Source: a virus. Taken from it: a stretch of DNA of 64,000 nt. Below the pieces are notes generated by a model. It was not told where the DNA came from. It worked only from the letters and a program-made list of their open reading frames with translations, and made no database searches. The translations under genes and the position numbers were made by a program. The stretch is taken from positions 12,441-76,440 of the IMG/VR virus record IMGVR_UViG_3300028030_000010; one strand, written 5' to 3'. Of the stretch, positions 49,801-58,661 are shown in pieces; positions within the stretch are counted from its first letter, which is position 1, and every line of letters begins with the position of its first letter.

Positions 49801-50665
49801 TTTCACTTTCTCTATTTATTGTAATAGAAGTTGCATTTTTTTCTGTTAAAGAAATAAACTCGTTTCCTTTTTTAACCAAAGATGCTTTGTTGATAGGAGA
49901 ATTTAAAGATGGATTTTTGATTTTCAATTTTACGCTTTCTGTTTTTAACGGCAAATAATCTTTTAAGCTTAATACAGTAGACACCAATTTTTCTTTATTA
50001 AAATCATTTTGATATTCTTCCAACATAAGATCATCAAAAGTTAGCTCTTGCAAATATAAAGCTTTAATTTCATCTTTTGAGATGCTTAAAACATAACTTT
50101 TGTTTTTATTTATAAAAAAGGTTGATAGCTCTTCTATATTTATTAGACCATTTACTGATGTGTTTATCGTTGTGTTTTTTACATCAAGTTCATCTATAAC
50201 GACATCACTTCCTTTCTCAAAACCAATCTTGCTTGCTTCTTCTTTTGTCAACAAGTTGGTATTAGGGATGCTTGCTTTATCTAAAACAATAGAGAAAAAA
50301 TGTTTATATTTAATATATTTATTGTCTTCTAACCATTGTTTTATCTCCTGAAAAGATAAAGGAGTATATTCAGTTGTTTCTGCATTTTGTAGTTTGTTAA
50401 TATTATCGAAAACAAATTCAACATGTTCGAAATTAAAAATTTCACATATAATAGCGTTATTGATTTTTCTTACTTTAAAATAACCAGAAACTCCATTAGA
50501 GTTTATGTTTTTTTTATCTAAGGCATCAAAATTTGTATTTATGTTTTCTGATATTTCAATACTTAAATTAAGCAAGAAATTGTTGTTATAAAACAAGTTT
50601 TCAAAAGGAGCATTTATAGAATGAAAACTAACAGTATCCTCATACTTTAGAGGAGTTCTTAACAT
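46886..50665 (-). CDS. Large hypothetical protein, probably baseplate or structural
   Basis: Start moved from 50755 to 50665 (AAAAAGGA RBS; TGTTAAAAT at 50694-50686). Confidence 0.6.
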   Translation of the reverse strand: MLRTPLKYEDTVSFHSINAPFENLFYNNNFLLNLSIEISENINTNFDALDKKNINSNGVSGYFKVRKINNAIICEIFNFEHVEFVFDNINKLQNAETTEYTPLSFQEIKQWLEDNKYIKYKHFFSIVLDKASIPNTNLLTKEEASKIGFEKGSDVVIDELDVKNTTINTSVNGLINIEELSTFFINKNKSYVLSISKDEIKALYLQELTFDDLMLEEYQNDFNKEKLVSTVLSLKDYLPLKTESVKLKIKNPSLNSPINKASLVKKGNEFISLTEKNATSITINRESEITDNSVLTIKEVETIVKNRILKINSLDLSNFDDFEKLYKTLCDLNAYLKNDLMIESEYGYSESFYGSTKSVVNHYAFKKLITTNVTNQELDAALLAKNYFHKILSPAEKEEFLQIANVAGIIIDFKKDSFGRVFEKICKLVNLIEYPTIDFLQNIINIKKSQPVSINQFILLSPSLFAPTKINAKYYLTIPTYVRLKEIFLLNSPNFYYTFKTNYQYNLIIPVYMDLESQLTLFSPMFMVSNREKREYMMSFPVYAGKCIQNIEPIVNLFEDIAVKLKGLKNDIEQYSVFSSNRAVNNKEFLFIYQKILGSLTKRYYVCNDCMISKDLASVIITLSLLKGIKDRPIYVDISQIIEAVEIKNLSNDMIATITEHNPCSATSSSNILDEIKKIHNVLLSETIIKFSNCGNSEILNSMSISISDEFILKNIILDDAISQLQSAIDDYYSDKEYTFMDRNFDASKSIDISSFRKVFTSDGSLVDKGIDMRYAFDLFDNSNIGTRDNVKCDNEFLKNNAFWTFIYVPGNSGDKPVDSKTQQEGLSSDVVGFYYLVPDITDLDITVDINDLPVFYKKEKGYIATLYEETDISFIDLENKAFYTTTGLTASVDNNDDKQEYYIKVNKLKIKVDTKLDNISNKKIDTNVDNFDFSFIYELKFGALAKSLTSKPNSSVGQPSVSIPLTSFFPNPLTMATQQLNLDFDFVDLDISIDSSQFNLGQQGVSKSGAPLDSPGSIASPVCIEAANPGEDFIPGSISLAVDLEGAIVAYTANKIKTGFRFKKTLIYKYGVIDGLYDDSLGELLANAFTKEEVDELKQNHNFYNKIYVNPDTKELPVTVSSSGLGNPIDFKIELEQLKNAIRKADGTKLDLYDANGSPIGVNDLELIIGAENYFDKGVYITNYKIEPFEVKAKAVTKNKHYPVASVLGDGFKIYRTDSSNSGYNNHYYIDASNKQVVLRITPDVLYNTGVKLIFNEQ

Positions 50666-50737
50666 AAAGGATCCTTTTTTGTCTAATTTTAACATATTTG
50701 AATGTTTTTGATATAATTTACAAAAAAAAGAGAGCGC

Positions 50738-52003
50738 ATGTATACAATAAGTCAAATAATAGATTTGTACAAAAGCATTGATCCTTTCGTTATAAAAGAA
50801 ACAGAAAAAAAAGTAAAAGAAGAATTATTTAATGATATAGAAGAAATTTCATCACTAAATGAACAAGAAATAGATTTTATAATTAGACCTGTAGTAGCTT
50901 CTCTTTTAATGTCAGAAATAACAAAAAACAATATTCAAAGCATTAGTTCTATTAATGGAATAATAGAGAGCAAACTGTCAGATAATGACAAATATTTGGC
51001 TCTAAAAAAATATGCTATTAACTTAGGGTTGACTCCCGTATCAAGAACATGGCAATCTTTGCTTAAAGAAATTGTTTACTTTATAAAAAACAATTGGAGC
51101 TCATTAAAAACGCCTATAATAAACGAAATATTTAATGCCAGTGAAGTCCCAATTTATAAAATATATATCGCAGATTCAAACTCTAATGAAATGATTAGAA
51201 ACAAATTACCTTTAACGAGATTTCCAAGTAATCTTTTAAATAATTTCACAAAAGGGTCTAACAATAGAAGTTCTCTTTTAAATAATGCATATTCTAGAAA
51301 GGATGTAGAAGAGTTTTTGTTAGCAAAAAATGCTACCACTGTGTCTTTACCAAATTTTATAGATGTTTATATGTTATTTGATGTGGTTAATAAAACAATC
51401 AAAGTAAAAAAAACAAACAATTTTTACCTTTTGCCAGAAGATATGTATATAAACGTAAAACACAAACAAAAACAAATTGGAATACAAAATCAAGATAATG
51501 ATTTTTTTTATGGCATTACAAATAGACCTGTCAATATTTATGTAGTTGACGGAGAAGAAGAAGAAGAATTTGAAATCACTGTTTACAATAAATACATTCC
51601 AAACATGGATTCAAATATTATAAACAGCTCTAATATCTTATTTAAAGGTTTCTTCCCTATTTTTGTAACTTTGGATATTTTAACTGAAAATACTAATTTA
51701 GACTACAAAGAGCAACTCCTTCAAGAATTAAGAGATATGTTTAAAGAAGAAGCATTTGATATAAATCTATCTATAGATAAGATAAATAAAATCGTAAAAC
51801 AATATTACCCTGATGGAATTTGTTCTCCATATATAAAAGGAAAAATATATTTATCTACAAATCTTTCAATAGAAATATCAATGTTTTTACCTATATCTGT
51901 TAAAGATATAAAATCTAAATTATCCGATTTTGAATGTAATCAGTTGTCAAGTAACACATTAGCTATTTTTCTATCCGATTTAAGGATCTTAGATGCAGAT
52001 TAA
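50738..52003 (+). CDS. Putative baseplate wedge (J-like) protein
   Basis: DFIIRPVVA and IDVY motifs; TGATATAAT promoter at 50709-50717; upstream of fibre genes. Confidence 0.35.
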   Translation: MYTISQIIDLYKSIDPFVIKETEKKVKEELFNDIEEISSLNEQEIDFIIRPVVASLLMSEITKNNIQSISSINGIIESKLSDNDKYLALKKYAINLGLTPVSRTWQSLLKEIVYFIKNNWSSLKTPIINEIFNASEVPIYKIYIADSNSNEMIRNKLPLTRFPSNLLNNFTKGSNNRSSLLNNAYSRKDVEEFLLAKNATTVSLPNFIDVYMLFDVVNKTIKVKKTNNFYLLPEDMYINVKHKQKQIGIQNQDNDFFYGITNRPVNIYVVDGEEEEEFEITVYNKYIPNMDSNIINSSNILFKGFFPIFVTLDILTENTNLDYKEQLLQELRDMFKEEAFDINLSIDKINKIVKQYYPDGICSPYIKGKIYLSTNLSIEISMFLPISVKDIKSKLSDFECNQLSSNTLAIFLSDLRILDAD

Positions 52004-53732
52004 AAATTCTGTTTTTTTATCTTTAATAGGCGACTATTACTTGCATACAAATGTTTTAAAGAATCAACATGTTTTTGTATCAAACAAGACTTCTTTAACA
52101 ATAGAATCCCTAATAAACGATTTCTCAGAAACTATTGTAGGGGATTTGTTGCAAATCACGCATAAACCAAATATAATTTTGGGTTACTATAAAATAGATA
52201 AACATTCAAACATTAGTTTTTTTAATATGCTTGGAGACAGAGTTTTTCCCAAGGCTATAATTTCACCATTTTCTAACACAGTTGAAGTAAACATTAATGA
52301 ATTTGTAAAAAAATCAACATCTTATAGAATAGATAAAGGAATTGTTTATTTAATACAAGACTCCAGCAATTTATTGTTAATAGATCAAGAGCTATCAAAG
52401 CTAAGCATAAATGACACAATTAAAGCTATTATTCAAAAATATATTTATATGTCTCCTGAAAACAGCAATACTGTAGAAAAGCTAATATCAGTTATTTTAG
52501 GAGCAGATGTATGTCATTCTTTTGATGGAGAAACCATTTTAAAAATAGAAAACAATTACATATTGACTGACAAGAATCAATATTATATAGACTTTGACAA
52601 CTATATTAAACCAGAAATAGGTAAAAAAATAAAATATTTAGACCCAGTATATTTGTTGTGCAAAAGCAATTCTAATTTAATAAAATCTAACTTTATTTAT
52701 GCCGATCTAATAAAAACCCAAACTATAGATCCTTATTATGGATATTTAATAAAAGAAGCTATTTTAGGGTCAACTATATTTATAAAAATACCTACAGAAG
52801 TGTTTATAGCTAACTATGAAGCTGCTAAAAATTTAAGTGCAATAAAAAACAAATTTAAAACAATTTTTGTGCAACCCACTTCAGTTTTTGAAGAAAACAA
52901 AAAAATATCTTACCGTGAAAACAGTGCATTATACAAACAATCTTTATCGAAAGTTGAAGTAGTAAGTAAATCAAAAATAATAACAGACTATTATAAAACT
53001 TCTGAAACACTTAAAACATCACATTCGTATTCATTAAAAATGGAAGAAAAAGGTAAATTTAATTATTCTTTATCAGAAAACTTATCCGCTTCTAAAAGAG
53101 AAGCAAAAACTATAAATATTTCACAAAAAGAAAGAACCCTAAAAAAAGAACATGTTGGTATCAATACACTAGAATCGAATATAAAAAAAGCTACGCAATA
53201 TGAATTTACTTTGTTCCAAATTAATGAAAAAGAATATTTCAAACAATCTAATACGGATTTTTTTAAATTATTTAAGGACCAATACCAAACAATAATCTAC
53301 AGTAAAACAACACCAACTTTACATTCTCCTGTAGAAATGTTGTTTTTAACTCAATCGGTAGACAATATGTTTAAACAAAGCGACATTACTAATATTGTAA
53401 GCAGAAACAATAACAATCTTTACATTAATGAAGAAAATAAAAAAGCTGGATCTTTAATAAAAAACGAAAAAGACTATCTTCCTATAGATTTTGTAACTTC
53501 CAAATCAATAAACGAATCAAATATAAGTTATGCTGATAAACTAACCAAAATAACCACGATTGACAAAAACAATTTTAAATTATACAATATAGATAAACTA
53601 GATATCGTAAAATTGGAGCACAATTCTATTTCTGTGTCACAATTAAATAATGCTAAATGGCTATATAAAGATTTAGTAAATGTTAAGGACAAAATGTTAA
53701 TAGAAACAGACACTACAATAGATAAGGAGTAA
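51993..53732 (+). CDS. Hypothetical baseplate-associated protein
   Basis: Position; ETILKIENNYILTDKNQY. Confidence 0.5.
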   Translation: MQIKNSVFLSLIGDYYLHTNVLKNQHVFVSNKTSLTIESLINDFSETIVGDLLQITHKPNIILGYYKIDKHSNISFFNMLGDRVFPKAIISPFSNTVEVNINEFVKKSTSYRIDKGIVYLIQDSSNLLLIDQELSKLSINDTIKAIIQKYIYMSPENSNTVEKLISVILGADVCHSFDGETILKIENNYILTDKNQYYIDFDNYIKPEIGKKIKYLDPVYLLCKSNSNLIKSNFIYADLIKTQTIDPYYGYLIKEAILGSTIFIKIPTEVFIANYEAAKNLSAIKNKFKTIFVQPTSVFEENKKISYRENSALYKQSLSKVEVVSKSKIITDYYKTSETLKTSHSYSLKMEEKGKFNYSLSENLSASKREAKTINISQKERTLKKEHVGINTLESNIKKATQYEFTLFQINEKEYFKQSNTDFFKLFKDQYQTIIYSKTTPTLHSPVEMLFLTQSVDNMFKQSDITNIVSRNNNNLYINEENKKAGSLIKNEKDYLPIDFVTSKSINESNISYADKLTKITTIDKNNFKLYNIDKLDIVKLEHNSISVSQLNNAKWLYKDLVNVKDKMLIETDTTIDKE

Positions 53733-53735
53733 CAA

Positions 53736-54167
53736 ATGCCTAAAGTAATACAAACACCTTTTGATGGAACAATAGAAGAAGATGTTCAGCTAGAACAAAT
53801 AGATGGCAAACCTCCTGCTGTAGAAACAGTTTTAGCTAACGCAGAAAATGTCTACAAATCTTTTTTGTATCTAAGAAAAATGTATTCTGTATTTCCAAGA
53901 AAAATTCAGACAGTTGGAAGCTTCACTGGTAACTCTAGTGAATTTACAAAACTTGAAATACCAACATATGTTAATAGATTAGTTATAAAAAACACCTCTA
54001 CAGATAAGAATTTATCTTTAAGATTTGATGGAGAGGGAGAATATGTTCTTTTCCCTTTGGAAAAAGAGACTATAGAAATAATTCCTACTACAGATGATTC
54101 AAATGGAACAACCGTAGAATTCTATGGAAACATATCAGTTAGATACATAATAGAACAGGAGTTTTAG
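53736..54167 (+). CDS. Small structural protein, paralog A
   Basis: Shares TPFD.TIE.DV.LEQ and LANAEN..KSFLYL.K with the next gene. Confidence 0.65.
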   Translation: MPKVIQTPFDGTIEEDVQLEQIDGKPPAVETVLANAENVYKSFLYLRKMYSVFPRKIQTVGSFTGNSSEFTKLEIPTYVNRLVIKNTSTDKNLSLRFDGEGEYVLFPLEKETIEIIPTTDDSNGTTVEFYGNISVRYIIEQEF

Positions 54168-54572
54168 ATGCCAGTAATAAAAACACCATTTGATGATACA
54201 ATTGAACAAGATGTTACATTAGAACAAGCTGATGAAGTTATTGAATATCAGTCTTTGTTAGCAAACGCTGAAAACATACTGAAGTCGTTTTTGTACTTGA
54301 AAAAATTATTTTCATCTGCTCCTACATTTAACAAAATAATAAAAATCCAAAAATTTGAAGGAGCAAATGATACGAAAATAGAAATAGAAGAAGAAGCGAA
54401 CCTTATTACAATAAAAAATTTATCTGACTCAGAGTCAGAAATAATATATAACGACAATGATCCATTAGTATTATTTCAATACGAACAGATAGATATCCCA
54501 TGTAGTGTAGAAGACACCATTAAGCTTAAAGGTGATTTTAATGTTATACAAATAAAATACGAAATAAGATAA
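54168..54572 (+). CDS. Small structural protein, paralog B
   Basis: Tandem paralog of 53736-54167. Confidence 0.65.
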   Translation: MPVIKTPFDDTIEQDVTLEQADEVIEYQSLLANAENILKSFLYLKKLFSSAPTFNKIIKIQKFEGANDTKIEIEEEANLITIKNLSDSESEIIYNDNDPLVLFQYEQIDIPCSVEDTIKLKGDFNVIQIKYEIR

Positions 54573-54606
54573 AATATGATAAAATTTTTCAAAAAAAGGA
54601 TAACAA

Positions 54607-56625
54607 ATGGCAAACATATTTTATGTAGACCCAGAAAATGGATCTAATGATAACGATGGTACATCTCCTGACAATGCATGGGCATCACCATTTGTAGCCC
54701 TTTCATCAGACCAATCTACTGCAGATGATCCTGCCTTAATATTTGTTAGAAGAAATACAGAAACTGTTATAAGTGGAGATGATATAGATCTGACAGCTAA
54801 CCCTAACAGGATTATAATAGGATGGCCTCAAGAAGGAGATCCATATTATGATTTAAGACCTTCTGCTGGTAGTGATGCTGGTTGGGATGACGATGATGCA
54901 GTGTTGAGTAAAATAACAATTAATAACACTATCAATATGGCTACATCTACAGCCAGTCAATTTAAAATGTTCAATTTAGAAATCGAAACCAGTGACGATA
55001 ATATTGACTATTGTCTTAAATATAGCATAGGGGATATTGAAATAAATAATTGCGTTATTAATCACCAAAGAAATGATGATTCAGATAGTTTTCTTAGTTT
55101 TCACAGAATTGATGCAACAACCGGACAGACAACATTAAAAGTAATCAATTCGAAATTAACTTTCGACGGAATGCTCTTCGGATGTAAGGATGATGTTAAT
55201 TGGTCAGAAGTAAAATTTAGTTTTATCTCTCAAAACAACGAGTATATCGGTGTTGACAACGGATACGCAATACTTTATTGGAGAGCATCTTATACTACTT
55301 TTGACATATACATGAGTAATGACACAATAAACATCAAAACAAGAGTTTTATACTTTAATGAGGACAATAGAAATCTAGCTCAAATAACATTAAATGTAGA
55401 TAATGTTACAAGCATAAGCGGATACGAATATATTTATTTTAGGGATAGATATAAATTAACAGCACACTTTAAAGATTCTTTTATAAAAGTAACAAATGCA
55501 TCTATAATCTATACAGGCCATTATCAATCTGTAGGGTATGATTATAAAACTGATGCTGAATTTACAAATTGTAAATTAGAAGCTTCCAATGATGTCTTAT
55601 ATTTTACTAATACATATAGTTCTTCATATGGAACAGCTGTGGGAGATATTATTATTAATTCATGCGACATAAACTGTGGAAGGGCTGTCGTTTATTATGC
55701 TTCAAATGTTAACATATACACTCAAAAATTCATTGTAAACAATTGTTCTATTGTTGCTGATGCGTTAGTATACTCTTCTAATCAAAAAGGTAGCCTATCT
55801 GAATACACGTTTATAAACATAAAAAACTCTTCTTTTTCACAATATGTTATAACTAGAGTTAGGGATATTTTTCTAATTGCTAGAAACTCTACTCTAGGAG
55901 TGCTAGAATCAAATTCAGATACATCAAGTTACAACACATATTCTTTATTTGATTGCACAATTAATGGCTCTAATCATGTTAGCTCTATTACAATTAACGG
56001 AGGGAACATATCAGGAGATTATCCATATGCTCATATAGATGCAACGAATGTTACTGCTTCATTAAGTCAAAACATGACCGGTACTTTTAGAAACTCAAAA
56101 ACATCGGCCCTACCTTCTAAGACAAGAGGTAAAATAGAGTTATTTTCTTGCGTTGCAAACGATACTCCTATGCCTTATGCTAAAATTTCTTATTCCAATG
56201 TAATTAAGGCGTCTAACATAATAAGAGTAAACGGTAGTGAAGGTTCGATATCATTAGGAACTAACAATTCAGTGCAAGGAATTTCTCTAGAAAGGCTATC
56301 TTTTATAAAACCAGCAAACAAATCTACGTTAATAATATATTTAGCTTGCCAAAACACATTCCCAGAAGCTTTCGAATACATATCTAGTATAAGTTATATC
56401 ATAGATGACGATGGTTATACATATAGCTCAAATGTAGCAAATGTCGAACCAAGTTCTGAGGAATGGAGCGGCCTATATGAAGGATATAAATCTTATAAAG
56501 TGTCATTTGACATGCCTATCCACGATACAGATGTAGAAATTTATTTAACACTCCAAGCATTTCCTAAAAACATACAAGCCGTTCCTTCTGAAATTTATGT
56601 TGATTTAAAACCTGATTGGAATTAA
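54607..56625 (+). CDS. Tailspike or receptor-binding protein, right-handed beta-helix
   Basis: FYVDPENGSNDNDGTSPDNAW N-terminus; repeated I(N/T)NC.I rungs; TGATAAAAT promoter at 54577-54585. Confidence 0.7.
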   Translation: MANIFYVDPENGSNDNDGTSPDNAWASPFVALSSDQSTADDPALIFVRRNTETVISGDDIDLTANPNRIIIGWPQEGDPYYDLRPSAGSDAGWDDDDAVLSKITINNTINMATSTASQFKMFNLEIETSDDNIDYCLKYSIGDIEINNCVINHQRNDDSDSFLSFHRIDATTGQTTLKVINSKLTFDGMLFGCKDDVNWSEVKFSFISQNNEYIGVDNGYAILYWRASYTTFDIYMSNDTINIKTRVLYFNEDNRNLAQITLNVDNVTSISGYEYIYFRDRYKLTAHFKDSFIKVTNASIIYTGHYQSVGYDYKTDAEFTNCKLEASNDVLYFTNTYSSSYGTAVGDIIINSCDINCGRAVVYYASNVNIYTQKFIVNNCSIVADALVYSSNQKGSLSEYTFINIKNSSFSQYVITRVRDIFLIARNSTLGVLESNSDTSSYNTYSLFDCTINGSNHVSSITINGGNISGDYPYAHIDATNVTASLSQNMTGTFRNSKTSALPSKTRGKIELFSCVANDTPMPYAKISYSNVIKASNIIRVNGSEGSISLGTNNSVQGISLERLSFIKPANKSTLIIYLACQNTFPEAFEYISSISYIIDDDGYTYSSNVANVEPSSEEWSGLYEGYKSYKVSFDMPIHDTDVEIYLTLQAFPKNIQAVPSEIYVDLKPDWN

Positions 56626-57188
56626 GAACTATGGGAATAGAGACGAACATAATGGGCCCACTTGTCTCTAATGGCCCCAAAGTTAAGTATTTATTTTTTG
56701 GAAAATTAAAAAACAACCAAACATCAATAGCAAATAAAAAGCAGTTAAACAAAATAACTGATCAATTTATATCTGAAGGCTTAATGTTTAAAATAAGCTT
56801 CAAAGATGATATGTTTTTAAAACTAAAAACAATAACGACTTTAAACAAGTTATGTAATGATTTATCTTTAATTAAATTGTCAAAAATCCAGAATATTTAT
56901 CTGTCTATAAAAAAATCAGTAAAAGAAATTAACAATCTAGAAAAAGTTTCTTTTTTAATGAACCAACAAAAATTAAACTTTCAAAAAATAAATAAAATAA
57001 ATTTTCCAGCTTTTAAAATAAAGTTTTCAGAATTAAAAGAAATAAAATCTGATGAAACCAAAAACTTACAGAAATACATATTTAAAGAAAGCAGGTATAA
57101 GCTTATAATAAAATTCAAAAAAATAAACAAAATAATATACCCAAGAACAAATATCGTTCTATATGGAAAACCAACAAAAAGGATTTAA
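56616..57188 (+). CDS. Lys/Ile-rich hypothetical protein
   Basis: Fills the gap between flanking genes; start uncertain. Confidence 0.45.
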   Translation: MELRTMGIETNIMGPLVSNGPKVKYLFFGKLKNNQTSIANKKQLNKITDQFISEGLMFKISFKDDMFLKLKTITTLNKLCNDLSLIKLSKIQNIYLSIKKSVKEINNLEKVSFLMNQQKLNFQKINKINFPAFKIKFSELKEIKSDETKNLQKYIFKESRYKLIIKFKKINKIIYPRTNIVLYGKPTKRI

Positions 57189-57189
57189 T

Positions 57190-57846
57190 ATGTTAAAAAA
57201 AAGAATAGATACATTAGCTTACCAAGTAAATCCAGTTGCTAGACACTGCGAAGGGAGTTGTGACTTTCTAGTTAAAACTGCTGCTATAGTACCAGATAGC
57301 GTCGAGTATTTTAATAATCTAACGCCAAAACCAGATCATATTTATTTATTAGTTATAGGTATGACTGATAGCTATTTTTATGGAGCAAATAAAAACGGAG
57401 ATTTTTTCAGAGGTGAAGATCTAAAAAAATACTACAAAAGATTTGAAAATGCTGGGATTTTTTGGAATCACGATAACAAAGATATGTCAAAAAGTTCAGG
57501 CAAGGTAATTAAAGCATTTTACAATGAACAAATGCATAGAGTTGAGCTAGTAATGGAAATACCTAAATCTAACGCTAGATACATACCAAACTATATAGAA
57601 GCTGGCAAACCTATTGCAGTTTCAATGGGATTAAGAACTCCTTATGAAATATGCTCTATATGTGGACATAAAACTGTTGGTTCGTATGACAATAGATGTA
57701 ATCATTTAAAATTTGAAATGAACAAAGTGTATGATGATGGAAGAAGAGTTTATGCAATAAGCGGAGTTCCTATGAACATTTTTGATATATCAGTTGTATA
57801 TAGGCCTGCTGATAGAGTTGCTTATGCACTACTAACAAAAAGTTAG
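57190..57846 (+). CDS. Prohead (maturation) protease, HK97/herpes-like serine protease fold with a Zn-finger insert
   Basis: GANKNGDFF, FWNHDN, GKV, AVSMG, CSICGH...CNHL, FDISVVYRPAD; start at 57190 with AAAAAGGA RBS. Confidence 0.75.
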   Translation: MLKKRIDTLAYQVNPVARHCEGSCDFLVKTAAIVPDSVEYFNNLTPKPDHIYLLVIGMTDSYFYGANKNGDFFRGEDLKKYYKRFENAGIFWNHDNKDMSKSSGKVIKAFYNEQMHRVELVMEIPKSNARYIPNYIEAGKPIAVSMGLRTPYEICSICGHKTVGSYDNRCNHLKFEMNKVYDDGRRVYAISGVPMNIFDISVVYRPADRVAYALLTKS

Positions 57847-57864
57847 CGAAAAAAAACTATACTT

Positions 57865-57875
57865 TGTGTTATATA
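57865..57875 (+). promoter_or_regulatory. TGTGTTATATA motif, copy 2
   Basis: Context AAACTATACTTTGTGTTATATATATAAG closely matches copy 1. Confidence 0.5.
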
Positions 57876-57880
57876 TATAA

Positions 57881-57976
57881 GCCGACATAATGTATGTCGG
57901 ACTTTCCCCGCCTTATAATTGTGCTTAATAAAGTAAGGACACTGGCACAGGCGGGGTTTGTTGTTATTTGGTTTTT
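57881..57976 (+). ncRNA. Small structured RNA candidate, or an elaborate bidirectional terminator
   Basis: Hairpin CCGACATA/TATGTCGG 57882-57900; stem CCCCGCCT 57906-13/AGGCGGGG 57949-56 with inner GTGC/GCAC; U-rich tail. Confidence 0.45.
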
Positions 57977-57980
57977 CACA

Positions 57981-58445
57981 TTACATTTTTTTGTTTAATT
58001 CTGGAAGAGAAAATGCTTTCATAAATTCTAGTGCAAAGTCATCTCCAAAAGTTTGTTTAATTCTAGATTCTGTGTCTTTAAAAGCTTTTACAACATCATC
58101 TACAGATCTAACAACATAATAAAATCCGTTAGCAGATTCTATTCTTGATTGAAATAATTTTTGGTGGTAACTTTGCTTTCCGTTTTTATTTTTAACTTCC
58201 AAATATATGTTTACAGGAATCACAGGTTTGTCGTTATTTGATATAAAACAAAAAACTTCTATATCTGGAATTCCATTTAATGTGTTGCATCTAACTGCTC
58301 TATTTTTATTTCTTTTTCTACCGTATTTGTCAATTATTTGTTCTTTTATAAAGAACTGACCATTATTTATTCTATTGTGTAGTATTCTTCTAACTTTTAA
58401 AAAAGATAAAATTTGAGACTGTATAGTACTTTCTTTTATAGCCAT
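57981..58445 (-). CDS. VRR-NUC domain nuclease (PD-(D/E)xK)
   Basis: ESTIQ...GIPDI...LEVKNKNGKQSYHQ...YVVRSVDDV. Confidence 0.88.
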   Translation of the reverse strand: MAIKESTIQSQILSFLKVRRILHNRINNGQFFIKEQIIDKYGRKRNKNRAVRCNTLNGIPDIEVFCFISNNDKPVIPVNIYLEVKNKNGKQSYHQKLFQSRIESANGFYYVVRSVDDVVKAFKDTESRIKQTFGDDFALEFMKAFSLPELNKKM

Positions 58446-58651
58446 TACTCAACCTCCAAGATATAGTCTATATCAATAGTTATGTTTTTGCCCTCTTGAT
58501 TTATAGTAACTTTATCTAAGCCAACTGATATAATTTTTCCATAATATTGACCATCCATTGTTGTAATAATAGATTCGTTTCCACTATCTCTTTTTCTCAT
58601 TAACATATCTATAAATTCATCTTTTGAAGTTGCTTTACTTTTATCCAACAT
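58445..58651 (-). CDS. Small beta-barrel (Sm/SH3-like) protein
   Basis: IITTMDGQYYGKIISVGLDKVTI...ITIDIDYILEV. Confidence 0.45.
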   Translation of the reverse strand: MLDKSKATSKDEFIDMLMRKRDSGNESIITTMDGQYYGKIISVGLDKVTINQEGKNITIDIDYILEVE

Positions 58652-58661
58652 GCTTTTTCCT

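Noticed and set aside
57881-57960. tRNA or tmRNA
   Set aside because: No cloverleaf, T-loop GTTC or CCA end; the same applies to 32505-32683.
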